Counted from the first letter of the stretch, positions 17,990 through 27,814 are shown. The stretch: DNA of 64,000 bases from Patescibacteria group bacterium (GCA_041651155.1 JBAZJU010000006.1:4638-68637); one strand, 5' to 3'. Numbers and translations: made by a program. Notes: generated by a model not told the origin, from the letters alone.

Positions 17990-18664
17990 ATGAGATTAAA
18001 TAGGATTACCATCATTTGTCTGGCAATCGCTGGTTTATTAACGAGCGGAGTTTTGCTTGCCAAGGCTGCTGGATTTGTCAGCTATGAGCCAAATGCTGAT
18101 CCGCAAAAAACAAAAATTATTCTCTGGGATAATGTTAAAATCGCGCCATCAAACAGGGTTGATTGCGCAGCCGATCCAAATAGCAATGACTGCCAGGTTG
18201 GCTTGAATATTTCTGATTCAGGCTCAGCAGTGAGCGCAGGTAATGTTTTTTTGGGCAATGGACGCGATCTTTTTATAAAAAAATCTATGGGTTTTGATTG
18301 CGCTGATTATCCCGCAACTCCCAAATGCAATACGCAAATTGGCGATACGGGCAGTAATATATTTTTGCAGATTGGCCAGATCTCCGGCCAGAATCTGGTA
18401 TTGCAATCTCAAAGCAGCGGGATAAGCCTGGGCGGAACCTCGCTGGAAATAACAGGCAAAATAATTCTGGCTTCAGCTAAAGATTTAATCATGACTGCAA
18501 ATCCCATTACACTCACGCCCAATAGCGTTTTTAGCGATAATTTACAGGTTAATGAAATTATTGATTTGCCAGGCTCGGGCTTGGCTGTCTCGCTTTTAAA
18601 ATTAAATCAAGGCTCATTTTTTTTGACTAATAAGCTGATTCAATACACGCCCCCTTTGCAATAA
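17990..18664 (+). CDS. Secreted hypothetical protein (Sec signal peptide), Gly/Ser/Asn-rich
   Basis: MRLNRITIICLAIAGLLTSGVLLAKA signal; first of three consecutive secreted proteins. Confidence 0.6.
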   Translation: MRLNRITIICLAIAGLLTSGVLLAKAAGFVSYEPNADPQKTKIILWDNVKIAPSNRVDCAADPNSNDCQVGLNISDSGSAVSAGNVFLGNGRDLFIKKSMGFDCADYPATPKCNTQIGDTGSNIFLQIGQISGQNLVLQSQSSGISLGGTSLEITGKIILASAKDLIMTANPITLTPNSVFSDNLQVNEIIDLPGSGLAVSLLKLNQGSFFLTNKLIQYTPPLQ

Positions 18665-18672
18665 TTTTTAAT

Positions 18673-19629
18673 ATGAGAAGAATCTATAAATTTTGCCTTA
18701 TTGCCAGCGCCCTTATTTTAACCATTTTAATCGGTAATTTTGTCTTGGCCGCAGGCCAGGGTTATTTTTTAGAAAAGGGCAATGAAGTTTATATTTATGA
18801 TAATTTGCAGGTCAATGGCTATTTAGCTGCAGCCAAAGATAATTCTAAAATAAGCGGAATAAGCGGTGATATTTTGATCGGAGCAGATTTTAACGCAGAT
18901 ATTAATTCTAATATTTATTTTTGCAAATCCGTTAATGTTACTAATGACTGTCCGCAAAAAGCCATGATCTGGCATGGTGGTCCGGATTTCTCATTAGAGG
19001 CCATTGATCCAAATTTTTATAAAATTCAGACAAATAAAATTTTGGGCATAAATTCAGATCTTAATTTATCTGCAGCTGATGGGAGTGAGATCAGTTCATC
19101 CAGTCCGATAAAAGTTACGGGCTGTTTAGCCGCTGATGGGAGCGCTGATTGTAATCAAGGTGAAGTCAAGACCAGCATAATGTATGTAGATAGTTTAAAT
19201 AGCTTGAATAAGTTTTGCGCTGGCGGGACAAATAGCGGTAAAACTTGTATTCAGCATCTTGATTGCCCAAACAGTGTTTGTCTGTCAATAATTAAATTAA
19301 ATCCAAGCACGCTCGTTTTTGAAGATTTAAATTTAGGTGAAATCGGTACTGCAAGATTAAATAATATAACTTTACCCGATGAAACAGGAGAGCAGAAGAC
19401 AACAGCGCCGCAAATAAATTTGCAGAATGTTTGTTATGTGGCAAGCAGCTTATCATCTGATTGCCTTTCACCTGCAAATGGCGCGGTGGTTGCCCCCAGC
19501 ACGTTTTTAGCGCAAAACCCTTCATGGAATTTCACCAGCACGCTTTATCCCGCCGGTTTTCAAGGCGATAATAATAAAAAAATTTGCTGCAATTTAAGCA
19601 TTATTTATCCTGTAGCGCCTGCACAATAA
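18673..19629 (+). CDS. Secreted hypothetical protein, Cys-containing
   Basis: Signal peptide LIASALILTILIGNFVLAAGQG; 318 aa. Confidence 0.6.
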   Translation: MRRIYKFCLIASALILTILIGNFVLAAGQGYFLEKGNEVYIYDNLQVNGYLAAAKDNSKISGISGDILIGADFNADINSNIYFCKSVNVTNDCPQKAMIWHGGPDFSLEAIDPNFYKIQTNKILGINSDLNLSAADGSEISSSSPIKVTGCLAADGSADCNQGEVKTSIMYVDSLNSLNKFCAGGTNSGKTCIQHLDCPNSVCLSIIKLNPSTLVFEDLNLGEIGTARLNNITLPDETGEQKTTAPQINLQNVCYVASSLSSDCLSPANGAVVAPSTFLAQNPSWNFTSTLYPAGFQGDNNKKICCNLSIIYPVAPAQ

Positions 19630-19665
19630 GACAACCTTTGGCTAAGATATTATTTACACTTAAAT

Positions 19666-20484
19666 ATGCCCAATCATTATAAAATCTGCCTAATTCTTTC
19701 ATTATTTTTACTCTCAGCTACAGCTGCCTGGGCAGGTTTTAATTATGATTCGGCCAATAATAATTTTTTATTTGATTCAATCTTGAGGACAGAAGGCAAT
19801 TATTTGCTGGTCGGCAATGCCTTTAATGAAAATTTAAAAAAGCAAGATAATAGCATTTCCACTAATTTTTTGGCCGTTTCCAATAATTTAATATTTTTAA
19901 ACAGCGGTGATGCGAATAACATTGGCGGCCAATTCTCCAGCGGTTTGCGCCAAGTTAGCAAAAATAATTTTTCCAGCCAGGCCATTACAATTGACAACAG
20001 CCAAAATTTGCAATTAGAGCCGGTTGGCGGCGCGAAATCATTGAGCCTGGAAGCCAACCGCATTTTATTAAATCAAAATTTTAGGCTCAGGAGCGGTTTG
20101 GCTTTTGATGTCCGGAGCGTGAATCAGATTTCAAATAGGACAATTTATGTTGACAAAGTATTGGCCTCTGGTCTGCAAAATTTAACCGCGGATAATCCTT
20201 TGCAGATTTCCAATAGTACTGTCTTGAATATTCCGGCCACAGCCGGAGCTGTTACGGCTGATAAAATTACTTTTGGCGCCAAAGATTTATGCGTGGTTAA
20301 GACCTGGACAGTTGTTGATAATACTTTAAAGCAGGGCGTGGGCGTGGCAGATTCTCCTATTATCACAGCGGATTGTCCTCCCAATTATTTTGTATTTGAT
20401 CTGGATGCTTCAGCAGGCAAAATGGTCTGTTGCCAGGCAGCCAGCGGGCAATTGCAGCTTAGCCAAATCCAGCAAACACCTTAA
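19666..20484 (+). CDS. Secreted hypothetical protein
   Basis: Signal peptide ICLILSLFLLSATAAWAG; 272 aa, Asn/Ser-rich. Confidence 0.6.
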   Translation: MPNHYKICLILSLFLLSATAAWAGFNYDSANNNFLFDSILRTEGNYLLVGNAFNENLKKQDNSISTNFLAVSNNLIFLNSGDANNIGGQFSSGLRQVSKNNFSSQAITIDNSQNLQLEPVGGAKSLSLEANRILLNQNFRLRSGLAFDVRSVNQISNRTIYVDKVLASGLQNLTADNPLQISNSTVLNIPATAGAVTADKITFGAKDLCVVKTWTVVDNTLKQGVGVADSPIITADCPPNYFVFDLDASAGKMVCCQAASGQLQLSQIQQTP

Positions 20485-20501
20485 AAATAAAAAAACAGAT
20501 A

Positions 20502-20975
20502 ATGGACCAAGGCTTTAATTTTAAAATTAACAAGCAAGCTCAAAGCATAGAATTTACCATAAATACTGAAATTTATTCTTTGACAGCGATTTACAATGCC
20601 GCCTATTTATTTTTGGATAAGGCGTATGTTTTTTTAGATGGCGATCCGAAGGCAGAGATCATCGCAATATTTAAAAGGAAAGAAGGGCAAAAAGAGGAAA
20701 ATGGGAGAGAAGGCTTGGAAAAGATTGCCGGAGAATTTTATAATGAACTTTTAAATCAGCTGTTGCGGGAAAAAGTAAGCGAGTCAAATGCAAAAATCAG
20801 GGAATATGTGGTTTCAGCCGCGCTTTATAACGCTGTGCCCAATGAGGTGGATAAGCTTTTGCAGGAAGTTGAGGAGGAAGATTGGCAGGAAGATCCTTTA
20901 GGGATTGCAAAAACATGGGAGGATAATGAGAAGAGCAAAGAGGGTAAGAAGGGAGAAATGGGAAAATGGAAGTAA
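20502..20975 (+). CDS. Hypothetical protein
   Basis: 157 aa; acidic/basic C-terminus. Confidence 0.5.
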   Translation: MDQGFNFKINKQAQSIEFTINTEIYSLTAIYNAAYLFLDKAYVFLDGDPKAEIIAIFKRKEGQKEENGREGLEKIAGEFYNELLNQLLREKVSESNAKIREYVVSAALYNAVPNEVDKLLQEVEEEDWQEDPLGIAKTWEDNEKSKEGKKGEMGKWK

Positions 20976-21166
20976 TTAAGTTTAATAAAAAGATTTATAG
21001 TCTTGAAGCAATTGAAAAGGCGATTAATGAATTTAAAAATTTAGCTGAATTTAAGATAAAAGATGAGGCTGATTACTTTGAAGTGCAAATTGATAAAATT
21101 GATAATGAATATGAAGGTGTTTTGAAAGATGAATTTGGAAATTATGTATTGGGATTGATGAGCTGA
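20966..21166 (+). CDS. Small hypothetical protein (66 aa), start overlaps previous stop
   Basis: ORF only; overlap ATGGAAGTAATTAAG with previous gene end suggests coupling. Confidence 0.35.
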   Translation: MEVIKFNKKIYSLEAIEKAINEFKNLAEFKIKDEADYFEVQIDKIDNEYEGVLKDEFGNYVLGLMS

Positions 21167-21225
21167 TCTATAAGCACCAAAATTCAAATCCCAAATCACA
21201 AATAAATTTCAAAAATCAAATAACA

Positions 21226-21270
21226 AACCTTCGTCCCGCCCAGCGGGACTACGGTTTGCAAAGGCAAATA
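21226..21270. repeat. Structured repeat family B copy 2 (aaaccttcg-gtcccgcccagcgggac-tacggtttgcaaaggcaaat)
   Basis: See 17788-17831; compensatory stem substitution. Confidence 0.5.
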
Positions 21271-21288
21271 AAAAACAAAAACAAAAAT

Positions 21289-21636
21289 ATGGATAAGAAG
21301 TACGATTTAGAAGATCGCACCTTAGAGCTTGGAAAAGAAATAATTCGTTTATGTAAAACTTTACCTGCTAATACTATAAACTTTAGGCTAATAGATCAGT
21401 CTATTCGCTCTGGGACATCAGTTGGCGCCAATTATCGAGAAGCAAATGAAACTGACACAAAGAAAGATTTTAGATTTAAAATTAGAATTTGTTTAAGAGA
21501 AGCTAGGGAAACAATTTATTGGCTTGAGCTTATAAAAGAGGCTAACCAAAATTTTTCTGCCAGGATTGATAAATTGATTAGTGAGACAAGAGAAATAGTT
21601 AAGATTTTTGGTTCAATTTTGGAGAAATCTAAATAG
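21289..21636 (+). CDS. Four-helix-bundle protein (23S rRNA intervening-sequence-type protein family)
   Basis: Start at MDKKYDLEDRTLELGKEI; motif SVGANYREA ... DF ... REA...E typical of this family. Confidence 0.65.
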   Translation: MDKKYDLEDRTLELGKEIIRLCKTLPANTINFRLIDQSIRSGTSVGANYREANETDTKKDFRFKIRICLREARETIYWLELIKEANQNFSARIDKLISETREIVKIFGSILEKSK

Positions 21637-21737
21637 TTTGTGATTTGCTATCTGTGATTTGCTATTTATTTGAAGCTTGCAATTTGGTGCTTGGGATTTG
21701 AAACAAAGATTTAGGGGGTAAATTTTTTAAAATATTC

Positions 21738-23219
21738 ATGTTAGATTTACAAACCATCAACAATTTAGATACCAAGTCAGTAGGATATTTTCGATTTAAA
21801 CAGTTTGGCAATGAATATCTGCTGACTAATGAAACTGGGGAGTATGTTTTTTTACCTGAAAATAATTTCAAGGAATTTTTAACTGGAAAGCTAGATTCTA
21901 AAAGTGAAAATTTTCAGGAGTTACTAAACAAGTCGTTCCTTAAAGATAAAAATTATCTGGCGAATGCAGTTTTAAAGTATCGCGAGCGCTATCATTTTTT
22001 AAAATTCGGGCCGTCTTTGCATATTGTGGTTGTAACTTTAAGATGCAATCATAAGTGTATTTATTGCCATGCCAGCGCCGGTAGCAGCGAGGATAAAGGT
22101 TTAGACATGGATTTGGCAACTGCCAAGAAAGTAGTAGATACGATTTTTCTCACTACCAATGATGCGATTTGTATTGAGTTCCAGGGCGGAGAGCCGCTTC
22201 TAAATTGGCCGGTGGTTAAATTTATCATTTCTTACGCAGCGGAAAAAAATAAGCTGGAAAAGAAAAATTTAATTTTTAGGCTCGTGTCCAATTTTAGCTT
22301 GATGGATGAAGAAAAAATGAAGTTCCTGATGGACAATGAAGTTTACTTCTGCACTTCGCTTGACGGCGACGAGGAAACTCATAATTATAATCGCATTTAT
22401 ACGGAAGGCAATAGCTATCAGAACGCGGTCAACTGGATAAAAAAGATAAACGCCGAATACGAGGAAGTAAATAAGGGCAAGAAAAAAAATTATTATAGAG
22501 TAGGCGCCTTGATAACTGTGACCAAAAAAACACTGGCTAGTTACAAAGAAGTGATAGATACTTATCTTGAGCTTGGCTTTAAAAGCATTTATCTGCGCTA
22601 TTTATATCCTTATGGCTTTGCCAGGCAAGCCAAAGAAAAAATTTGGTACACAGTAGATGAGTATGTTGACTTTTATAAAAAATCTCTTGATTATATTTTA
22701 GCCAAAAATTATCAGGGCCAGCTTTTTTACGAGAACATGGCCGCGACTTATTTGCGCAAGATTTTAGACCAGGAGGAGCCTCATAATCTGGATATGCGTT
22801 CGCCCTGCGGCGCGGTCATCGGCCAATTATCTTACAATTACAATGGTGATGTGTACACTTGTGATGATTCCAGGTCTCTTTCCAGACTAGGTGATGAAAC
22901 ATTTAAACTGGGCAATATTAAGCAAAATACTTTTAGCGAGCTGGTAAATAACAGTTTATGCAAATCAATGTGCGTTGCCTCATGCACCAATGGCTTGCCT
23001 GGCCATAATGAGAGCGTTTACCAGCCATATTGGGGAGCCTGTCCGGTCTACAATTATTGTCTTTCCGGCAATATATTCCCGGCCATGAAGGAAAATTTTA
23101 AATGGCAAATTGATGAGCAAATTCTTGATTATATTTTTGAAAAATTAAAAGATAAAAAAAATAAGGATATTTTTAAGGAATGGTGCAAAGCTTCACGGCC
23201 GAGAGCGAAATATGAATAA
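21738..23219 (+). CDS. Radical SAM/SPASM-domain peptide-maturase-like enzyme (493 aa)
   Basis: CX3CX2C at LRCNHKCIYCHA, GGEPLL motif, C-terminal Cys-rich SPASM-like region (CGAVIG ... CDDS ... CKSMCVASCTNG ... CPVYNYC). N-terminal region YFRFKQFGNEYLLTNETGEYVFL resembles peptide-maturase N-termini. Confidence 0.85.
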   Translation: MLDLQTINNLDTKSVGYFRFKQFGNEYLLTNETGEYVFLPENNFKEFLTGKLDSKSENFQELLNKSFLKDKNYLANAVLKYRERYHFLKFGPSLHIVVVTLRCNHKCIYCHASAGSSEDKGLDMDLATAKKVVDTIFLTTNDAICIEFQGGEPLLNWPVVKFIISYAAEKNKLEKKNLIFRLVSNFSLMDEEKMKFLMDNEVYFCTSLDGDEETHNYNRIYTEGNSYQNAVNWIKKINAEYEEVNKGKKKNYYRVGALITVTKKTLASYKEVIDTYLELGFKSIYLRYLYPYGFARQAKEKIWYTVDEYVDFYKKSLDYILAKNYQGQLFYENMAATYLRKILDQEEPHNLDMRSPCGAVIGQLSYNYNGDVYTCDDSRSLSRLGDETFKLGNIKQNTFSELVNNSLCKSMCVASCTNGLPGHNESVYQPYWGACPVYNYCLSGNIFPAMKENFKWQIDEQILDYIFEKLKDKKNKDIFKEWCKASRPRAKYE

Positions 23220-23300
23220 CTATAACTTTGGTTGTATTTTACGTTTAAAATCGCACAATGCTTTAAAATTTAATAAAAAGATAGTATAATAAAGATAACT

Positions 23301-23801
23301 ATGCTAAACAAACTGCCAAAACTAAAGAAAAAATTTCAGGAATTTCTTAATGATGAAGAAGGCAAGATAACTAAAAAAGATATTATCATGCTTGGCATTG
23401 GCGCAAGCGCGCTTGGCATCATGGCCGAAGGAATCAATGCTGCTCATGCTGCTACGCCCACTTGTAGCGCAGGTGGTGGAGTTTATACCTCACCGCCAAA
23501 TTATGTTCAATGCAATGAAGGTTGGGCAGGAAGTTCAGGCTGCGGACCTCATGATTGCAACGGCGGTGGCTCGGGCTCAACTACCAATCTATGCCAAAAT
23601 AATTTGTCATACCCTTTGGGTTCTTGCACTAATACCCCCGGAGCTATTTGCGGGGTGGATATAGGAGATACTCATTTCGGCCATAATAATTTTGTTCATA
23701 ATGAAGGAGTAGTCGGTTCTCATTGCTCACACGGCTCTCATGGCTCTCACGGCTCACACGGCTCTCATGGCTCTCATGGCTCTCATGGGTTTGCCGGTTA
23801 A
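23301..23801 (+). CDS. Secreted Cys/Gly-rich protein with C-terminal (Ser-His-Gly)x7 = His-Xaa-Ser repeat tail; candidate radical-SAM substrate (HxsA-like)
   Basis: Charged N-terminal ~30 aa, hydrophobic segment MLGIGASALGIMAEGINAAHAA, 10 Cys core, then SHCSHGSHGSHGSHGSHGSHGSHGFAG. Confidence 0.7.
   Translation: MLNKLPKLKKKFQEFLNDEEGKITKKDIIMLGIGASALGIMAEGINAAHAATPTCSAGGGVYTSPPNYVQCNEGWAGSSGCGPHDCNGGGSGSTTNLCQNNLSYPLGSCTNTPGAICGVDIGDTHFGHNNFVHNEGVVGSHCSHGSHGSHGSHGSHGSHGSHGFAG
23726..23789 (+). repeat. Tandem 9-bp repeat (cayggctcw)x7 encoding the His-Gly-Ser repeats; frame-preserving simple sequence repeat
   Basis: Seen directly: cacggctct catggctct cacggctca cacggctct catggctct catggctct catgggttt. 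Confidence 0.8.
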
Positions 23802-23811
23802 ATTATATTTT

Positions 23812-24648
23812 ATGAAAAAAATAATTTTGATATTAGCGATAATAGCCTTATTAATAATTGTTGGTGTAGTTATTTTTTTTATTTATCTCAAAGCACCAGC
23901 GCGGCCAACAAATGTAAATCAGCCAGTGGCGGTTGCCAAAGAAAAAATTATTGGTAATTTTTCATTATTTCTTAATGAGCTAATAAATGTACAAAAAGTA
24001 CAGCCAGTTGCACTCACACCAATATTGGAATACTTAAGTTTTTGTGAATTTAAAAATAATAACATCTCTTTTGATCAGCAATGCATTAAGACCAATGAAA
24101 CATATTATGGCGTAAAAAATAGCTCTGCCGATTGCACCATTAAAGATGGAGATTTTGCTGAAATTGATTTTATCAAAAAAGGAGAACAAGACAATTTTTT
24201 GAAAATTTGCCAAGAATATATTTCTGCTCTTAATACCTATTACAATAATAATTCTCAAGAAAAAACAAGTTTAAACGCCCAAAGGTTTTATCAGTTTTAT
24301 AATGATTGTAATTTGCTTTGGGATAATAAGCTATATGGCGATAACGAATATTGTGATGCTGGAGATAATTGCTATGCAATCTTGCTGCCAGAGGACCAAA
24401 ATTGTCCTAATAAAATAAAGATTGATACCGTCAGTCTTGATAGCATTAAAACGGTTCAATGCCAAACTCAAGTCGGCTTTAGAAGAGCCAGCCAAAAATC
24501 AGATTGTCTGAACATCAAGAATTTAATGGCTCGGCTCTTTTGCCTTGACGCATTTGACAATAATCTTTGCTCAGAAGTCACAGCCAGCGTGGAAAATTTA
24601 AAATTACAAGATTTTGTGACAAAATATCAATTACAAACTGCCCAGTAA
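23812..24648 (+). CDS. Cys-rich membrane-anchored (signal-anchor) extracytoplasmic protein
   Basis: Start at MKKIILILAIIALLIIVGVVIFFIYL (ATG 23812), since the six-frame ORF start at 23740 lies inside the previous gene's repeat; about 14 Cys. Confidence 0.6.
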   Translation: MKKIILILAIIALLIIVGVVIFFIYLKAPARPTNVNQPVAVAKEKIIGNFSLFLNELINVQKVQPVALTPILEYLSFCEFKNNNISFDQQCIKTNETYYGVKNSSADCTIKDGDFAEIDFIKKGEQDNFLKICQEYISALNTYYNNNSQEKTSLNAQRFYQFYNDCNLLWDNKLYGDNEYCDAGDNCYAILLPEDQNCPNKIKIDTVSLDSIKTVQCQTQVGFRRASQKSDCLNIKNLMARLFCLDAFDNNLCSEVTASVENLKLQDFVTKYQLQTAQ

Positions 24649-24741
24649 ATTATGTAAAATTTTACCGATAGGCCATTGCCAAAATGGCTTATTTTTTTTA
24701 TTATTAAGTAACAATGGGGTGAAAAAGCCTTTGGTTTAATT

Positions 24742-25881
24742 ATGGCAAAAACGCTTAAAAACGATAAATTTTGGCTATCAATCAGCACCAGATGCAATAA
24801 TCAGTGCCTTTTTTGCCATGATAAGGAAAATCAGGTAAACGGACGTTTTTTTACATTGGCAGAGGTTCAAGATAAGATTGAACAGGCAAAAAAAGAAGGT
24901 TACAAGCGTTTGATTTTAAGCGGCGGGGAAGCTTCAATTAATCCTGATTTTTTGAAAATAGTCAGATATGCTCACGATTTAGGCTTTAAAGAAATCCAGA
25001 CAATCACTAATGGCCGCTATTTTTATTATTCCAAATTTGCCGCTGAGGCGATTAAAGCCGGTCTGACTGAAATAACTTTTTCTCTGCACGGCCATAACGA
25101 AGAACTGCACGAGGAATTTACCGGAGTTAAGGGTTCTTTTCAGCAGGCTTTAACTGGCCTGGCTAATGTCAGAAAATATCCGCAAATAATTGTTAATATT
25201 GATATAGTGATTAATAAATTGAATTACCCAAAGTTATATGACATAATTCAGTTTTATGCCCAGAATTTCGGGGTCTATGAATTTGATCTTTTACAAGTTG
25301 TCCCTTTTGGCCAAGCCTGGGAAAATCGTGATAAATTATTTTATGATTTTAATGATGCTTTGCCTTATCTGAACAAAGTGTGGGAGCTGGCAAAAAATGA
25401 CCAGAGATTTCATATCTGGACCAATCGTTTCCCGGCGCAATATCTGGAGGGTTATGAATTTTTGATTCAGGATCCGTATAAATATTTTGACGATGTTTTG
25501 GGACGCAAAAAAATGTTTGCGGAATTTATAAATGAAAATAAATTAATGCCTTGTTTTAATCCGGAGCGTTGCAAATCGTGCAACCTAAACGATTTTTGCC
25601 AGAAATTAATTAATTTAACAAAAGGAGATTTGTCAGACAAATTAATGAAATTAACAATGCCGCCTGTTTGTCTTGATTTGCCCCGCGATAATTATGAGAT
25701 TAATTTTTTGAATGCGCAAGGCAGAATCAATTTGGAAAAATTTGTGGATTTTTATATTAATAATTTGTACAACCTTAAATCTTTACGTTGCGATGATTGT
25801 AATAAATTTAAAGATTGTAACGGATTGAATATTAATTTAATTAAGGAAAAGGGTTTTAAAGTTTTAAAGCCAATATCATGA
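24742..25881 (+). CDS. Radical SAM enzyme with C-terminal partial-SPASM/twitch Cys motif; paralog 1 of six tandem copies (379 aa, longest)
   Basis: CX3CX2C at RCNNQCLFCHD (residues 18-25), SGGEASINP, CKSCNLNDFC (CX2CX5C). Confidence 0.85.
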   Translation: MAKTLKNDKFWLSISTRCNNQCLFCHDKENQVNGRFFTLAEVQDKIEQAKKEGYKRLILSGGEASINPDFLKIVRYAHDLGFKEIQTITNGRYFYYSKFAAEAIKAGLTEITFSLHGHNEELHEEFTGVKGSFQQALTGLANVRKYPQIIVNIDIVINKLNYPKLYDIIQFYAQNFGVYEFDLLQVVPFGQAWENRDKLFYDFNDALPYLNKVWELAKNDQRFHIWTNRFPAQYLEGYEFLIQDPYKYFDDVLGRKKMFAEFINENKLMPCFNPERCKSCNLNDFCQKLINLTKGDLSDKLMKLTMPPVCLDLPRDNYEINFLNAQGRINLEKFVDFYINNLYNLKSLRCDDCNKFKDCNGLNINLIKEKGFKVLKPIS

Positions 25882-25885
25882 CCAG

Positions 25886-25995
25886 GGCGAGAACGCCCTT
25901 TTGTCATTCCGAATGAAGTGAGGAATCTATTACTTCCAGGATTCTTCGCTTCGCTCTGAATGACAGTGAAGACAAAAGGGCGTTTTCGCCCGACA
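25886..25995. repeat. ~110-nt hairpin repeat family C copy 2, inserted between radical SAM paralogs 1 and 2
   Basis: Same conserved core as 15826-15935 with compensatory arm changes (acgccc/gggcgt vs agccc/gggct). Confidence 0.55.
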
Positions 25996-26004
25996 ATTAA
26001 TTCT

Positions 26005-26940
26005 ATGGCTAATCTAGGCTACATCCAATTAAACAGAACCTGTAATCAAAAATGCCTTTTTTGTTCTAATCCAGAAAACGGCAATGTTTTGGATTTAGCT
26101 CAAGTCAAATTTTATATTGATGATTTTGCGAATAAAAATTATCAGGGCGTAATTTTAACCGGCGGCGAGCCGACTTTAAATGCAGATTTAGAAAAAGTAA
26201 TTAGTTATGCCAAGTCCAAAGGTTTGGAAGTAAGGATAATTACCAATGGCCAAAAAACAGCTGACTTAGAATATCTAAAGAAACTAAAAAATGTCGGCTT
26301 GGATTTAATTCATGTTTCAGTGCAGTCTTATGACCCGAAAATCCAGGATTATCTGAGCCAAAATCCAGGTTCATTAAAAAATATCCTAAAAACTTTGGTT
26401 AATGCTTGGCGCCTGAATTTGCCTGTAAATATAAATACAGTGATCAATAGTTTTAATGCCAAAAGCCTGGATAAAAATATTAAATTTTTTCTGGTTAAAT
26501 TTCCAGAAATTAATCATTTTGTTTTTAATAATCTAGATCCTGAAATGAATCGGGTAGAGCAAAATAAATTTGTGGTGCCAAGATTAATTGATTTCAAGGA
26601 ATCTTTAAAAAGAGCTTTTGAATCGTTAAGTAAATTTGGCAAAACTTTCCGGGCAGAAAGAGTGCCTTTATGCTATATGGCTGAATATGGAGAATTTTCC
26701 ACCGAAACCAGAAAAATAGTTAAAAATGAAGAAAGAAGCATTTTATTTCTGGATGATAGAAAAGATCCTTATAGCATCCAAAAAAATTTTTATTATAAAA
26801 AAGCAAAACAGTGCGGCCAATGCAGCCTGAATGATATTTGCGCGGGTCTGTATGCCATGGATACGTATTTTGACAGTAGGGAATTGGAGCCGCAGCTGAT
26901 TGATAAGCAACTCATTATTAATAAAATTAAAAATGAATAA
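26005..26940 (+). CDS. Radical SAM twitch-domain enzyme, tandem paralog 2
   Basis: Start at MANLGYIQLNRTCNQKCLFCSNPENG (ORF track start 25960 lies in the repeat element); LTGGEPTLN; CGQCSLNDIC. Confidence 0.8.
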   Translation: MANLGYIQLNRTCNQKCLFCSNPENGNVLDLAQVKFYIDDFANKNYQGVILTGGEPTLNADLEKVISYAKSKGLEVRIITNGQKTADLEYLKKLKNVGLDLIHVSVQSYDPKIQDYLSQNPGSLKNILKTLVNAWRLNLPVNINTVINSFNAKSLDKNIKFFLVKFPEINHFVFNNLDPEMNRVEQNKFVVPRLIDFKESLKRAFESLSKFGKTFRAERVPLCYMAEYGEFSTETRKIVKNEERSILFLDDRKDPYSIQKNFYYKKAKQCGQCSLNDICAGLYAMDTYFDSRELEPQLIDKQLIINKIKNE

Positions 26941-27814
26941 GCGGGTGGAAATTTATATTGGTTTTAAATGCAATAATGATTGTGTTTTTTGCGTTGAAAG
27001 AAATATCCGCCTGCAAAATAAAGATAAAATTTTATACTCCGATCTGACTGCAATTGTCAATAAAATTAAGGATTTGAAAAATCAAGGCTATGGCCATATT
27101 AATTTTTTGGGCGGGGAGCCATTTTTGGAAAAAAACTTTTTGCCTTTTTTGCAGGCCGCTAAACAAAATGGCCTGTCCACCGCAGTCACCACCAATGGCA
27201 GCCTGCTTAGCAATGAAGAAATCGCCAAGTCACATTTGCCTTTGCTTGATGATTTGATTATCTCTATTCATGGCCACAATGAAGAACTGATAAGCCAGCA
27301 ATCAAAAAATCCCGGTTTGTTTAAAAGTTTGCTTGAGGCTTTTGCTAATATAAAAAAATATTTTCAAGGCAGACTGCTTAAAGCCAATTGCGTAATAAAT
27401 AAATTAAATTATAAAGATCTGCCGGAAATTATTGAGTTTATTTGTACTAACGGCATCCACGAAATTAGCCTGACAAATATGTCTCTCAAAGGTTACAATA
27501 ATGAATATGTTGTGCCTTTGAGCGAACTAAAAAAAGTTATACCCAAAATCGCAGATTATGCCAAAGAAAATAATTTGGTTCTTCGTTTTTCTGATTTGCC
27601 CTTTTGTATTTTGGGGGATAATTATTATCTGACTAATGAAATTTTTGCCGATGAGCGCGTTAAATATAATGCGGCCAATAAAGAGGAAAGTTTTTGGCGG
27701 CCCAAGCTTAAAACCGAAAAATGTAATGAGTGCAAGCTCAAGGATCTATGCATGGGAATTGATTTAGAATATTATAAATTATTTGGGGATTGTGAATTGA
27801 ATTCGGTAATATGA
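26933..27814 (+). CDS. Radical SAM twitch-domain enzyme, tandem paralog 3 (start overlaps stop of paralog 2: ATGAATAA)
   Basis: MNKRVEIYIGFKCNNDCVFCVERN; LGGEPFLE; CNECKLKDLC. Confidence 0.8.
   Translation: MNKRVEIYIGFKCNNDCVFCVERNIRLQNKDKILYSDLTAIVNKIKDLKNQGYGHINFLGGEPFLEKNFLPFLQAAKQNGLSTAVTTNGSLLSNEEIAKSHLPLLDDLIISIHGHNEELISQQSKNPGLFKSLLEAFANIKKYFQGRLLKANCVINKLNYKDLPEIIEFICTNGIHEISLTNMSLKGYNNEYVVPLSELKKVIPKIADYAKENNLVLRFSDLPFCILGDNYYLTNEIFADERVKYNAANKEESFWRPKLKTEKCNECKLKDLCMGIDLEYYKLFGDCELNSVI

Noticed and set aside
23740-23811. Upstream extension of the Cys-rich membrane protein ORF into the His-Gly-Ser repeat region
   Set aside because: It is an alternative frame of the 9-bp tandem repeat of the preceding gene. 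A start at ATG 23812, right after that gene's stop, gives a normal signal-anchor N-terminus.
25960-26004. N-terminal extension of radical SAM paralog 2
   Set aside because: Those codons lie inside the family C hairpin repeat. The other five paralogs all start 10-20 residues before the CX3CX2C motif, as does MANLGYIQL at 26005.
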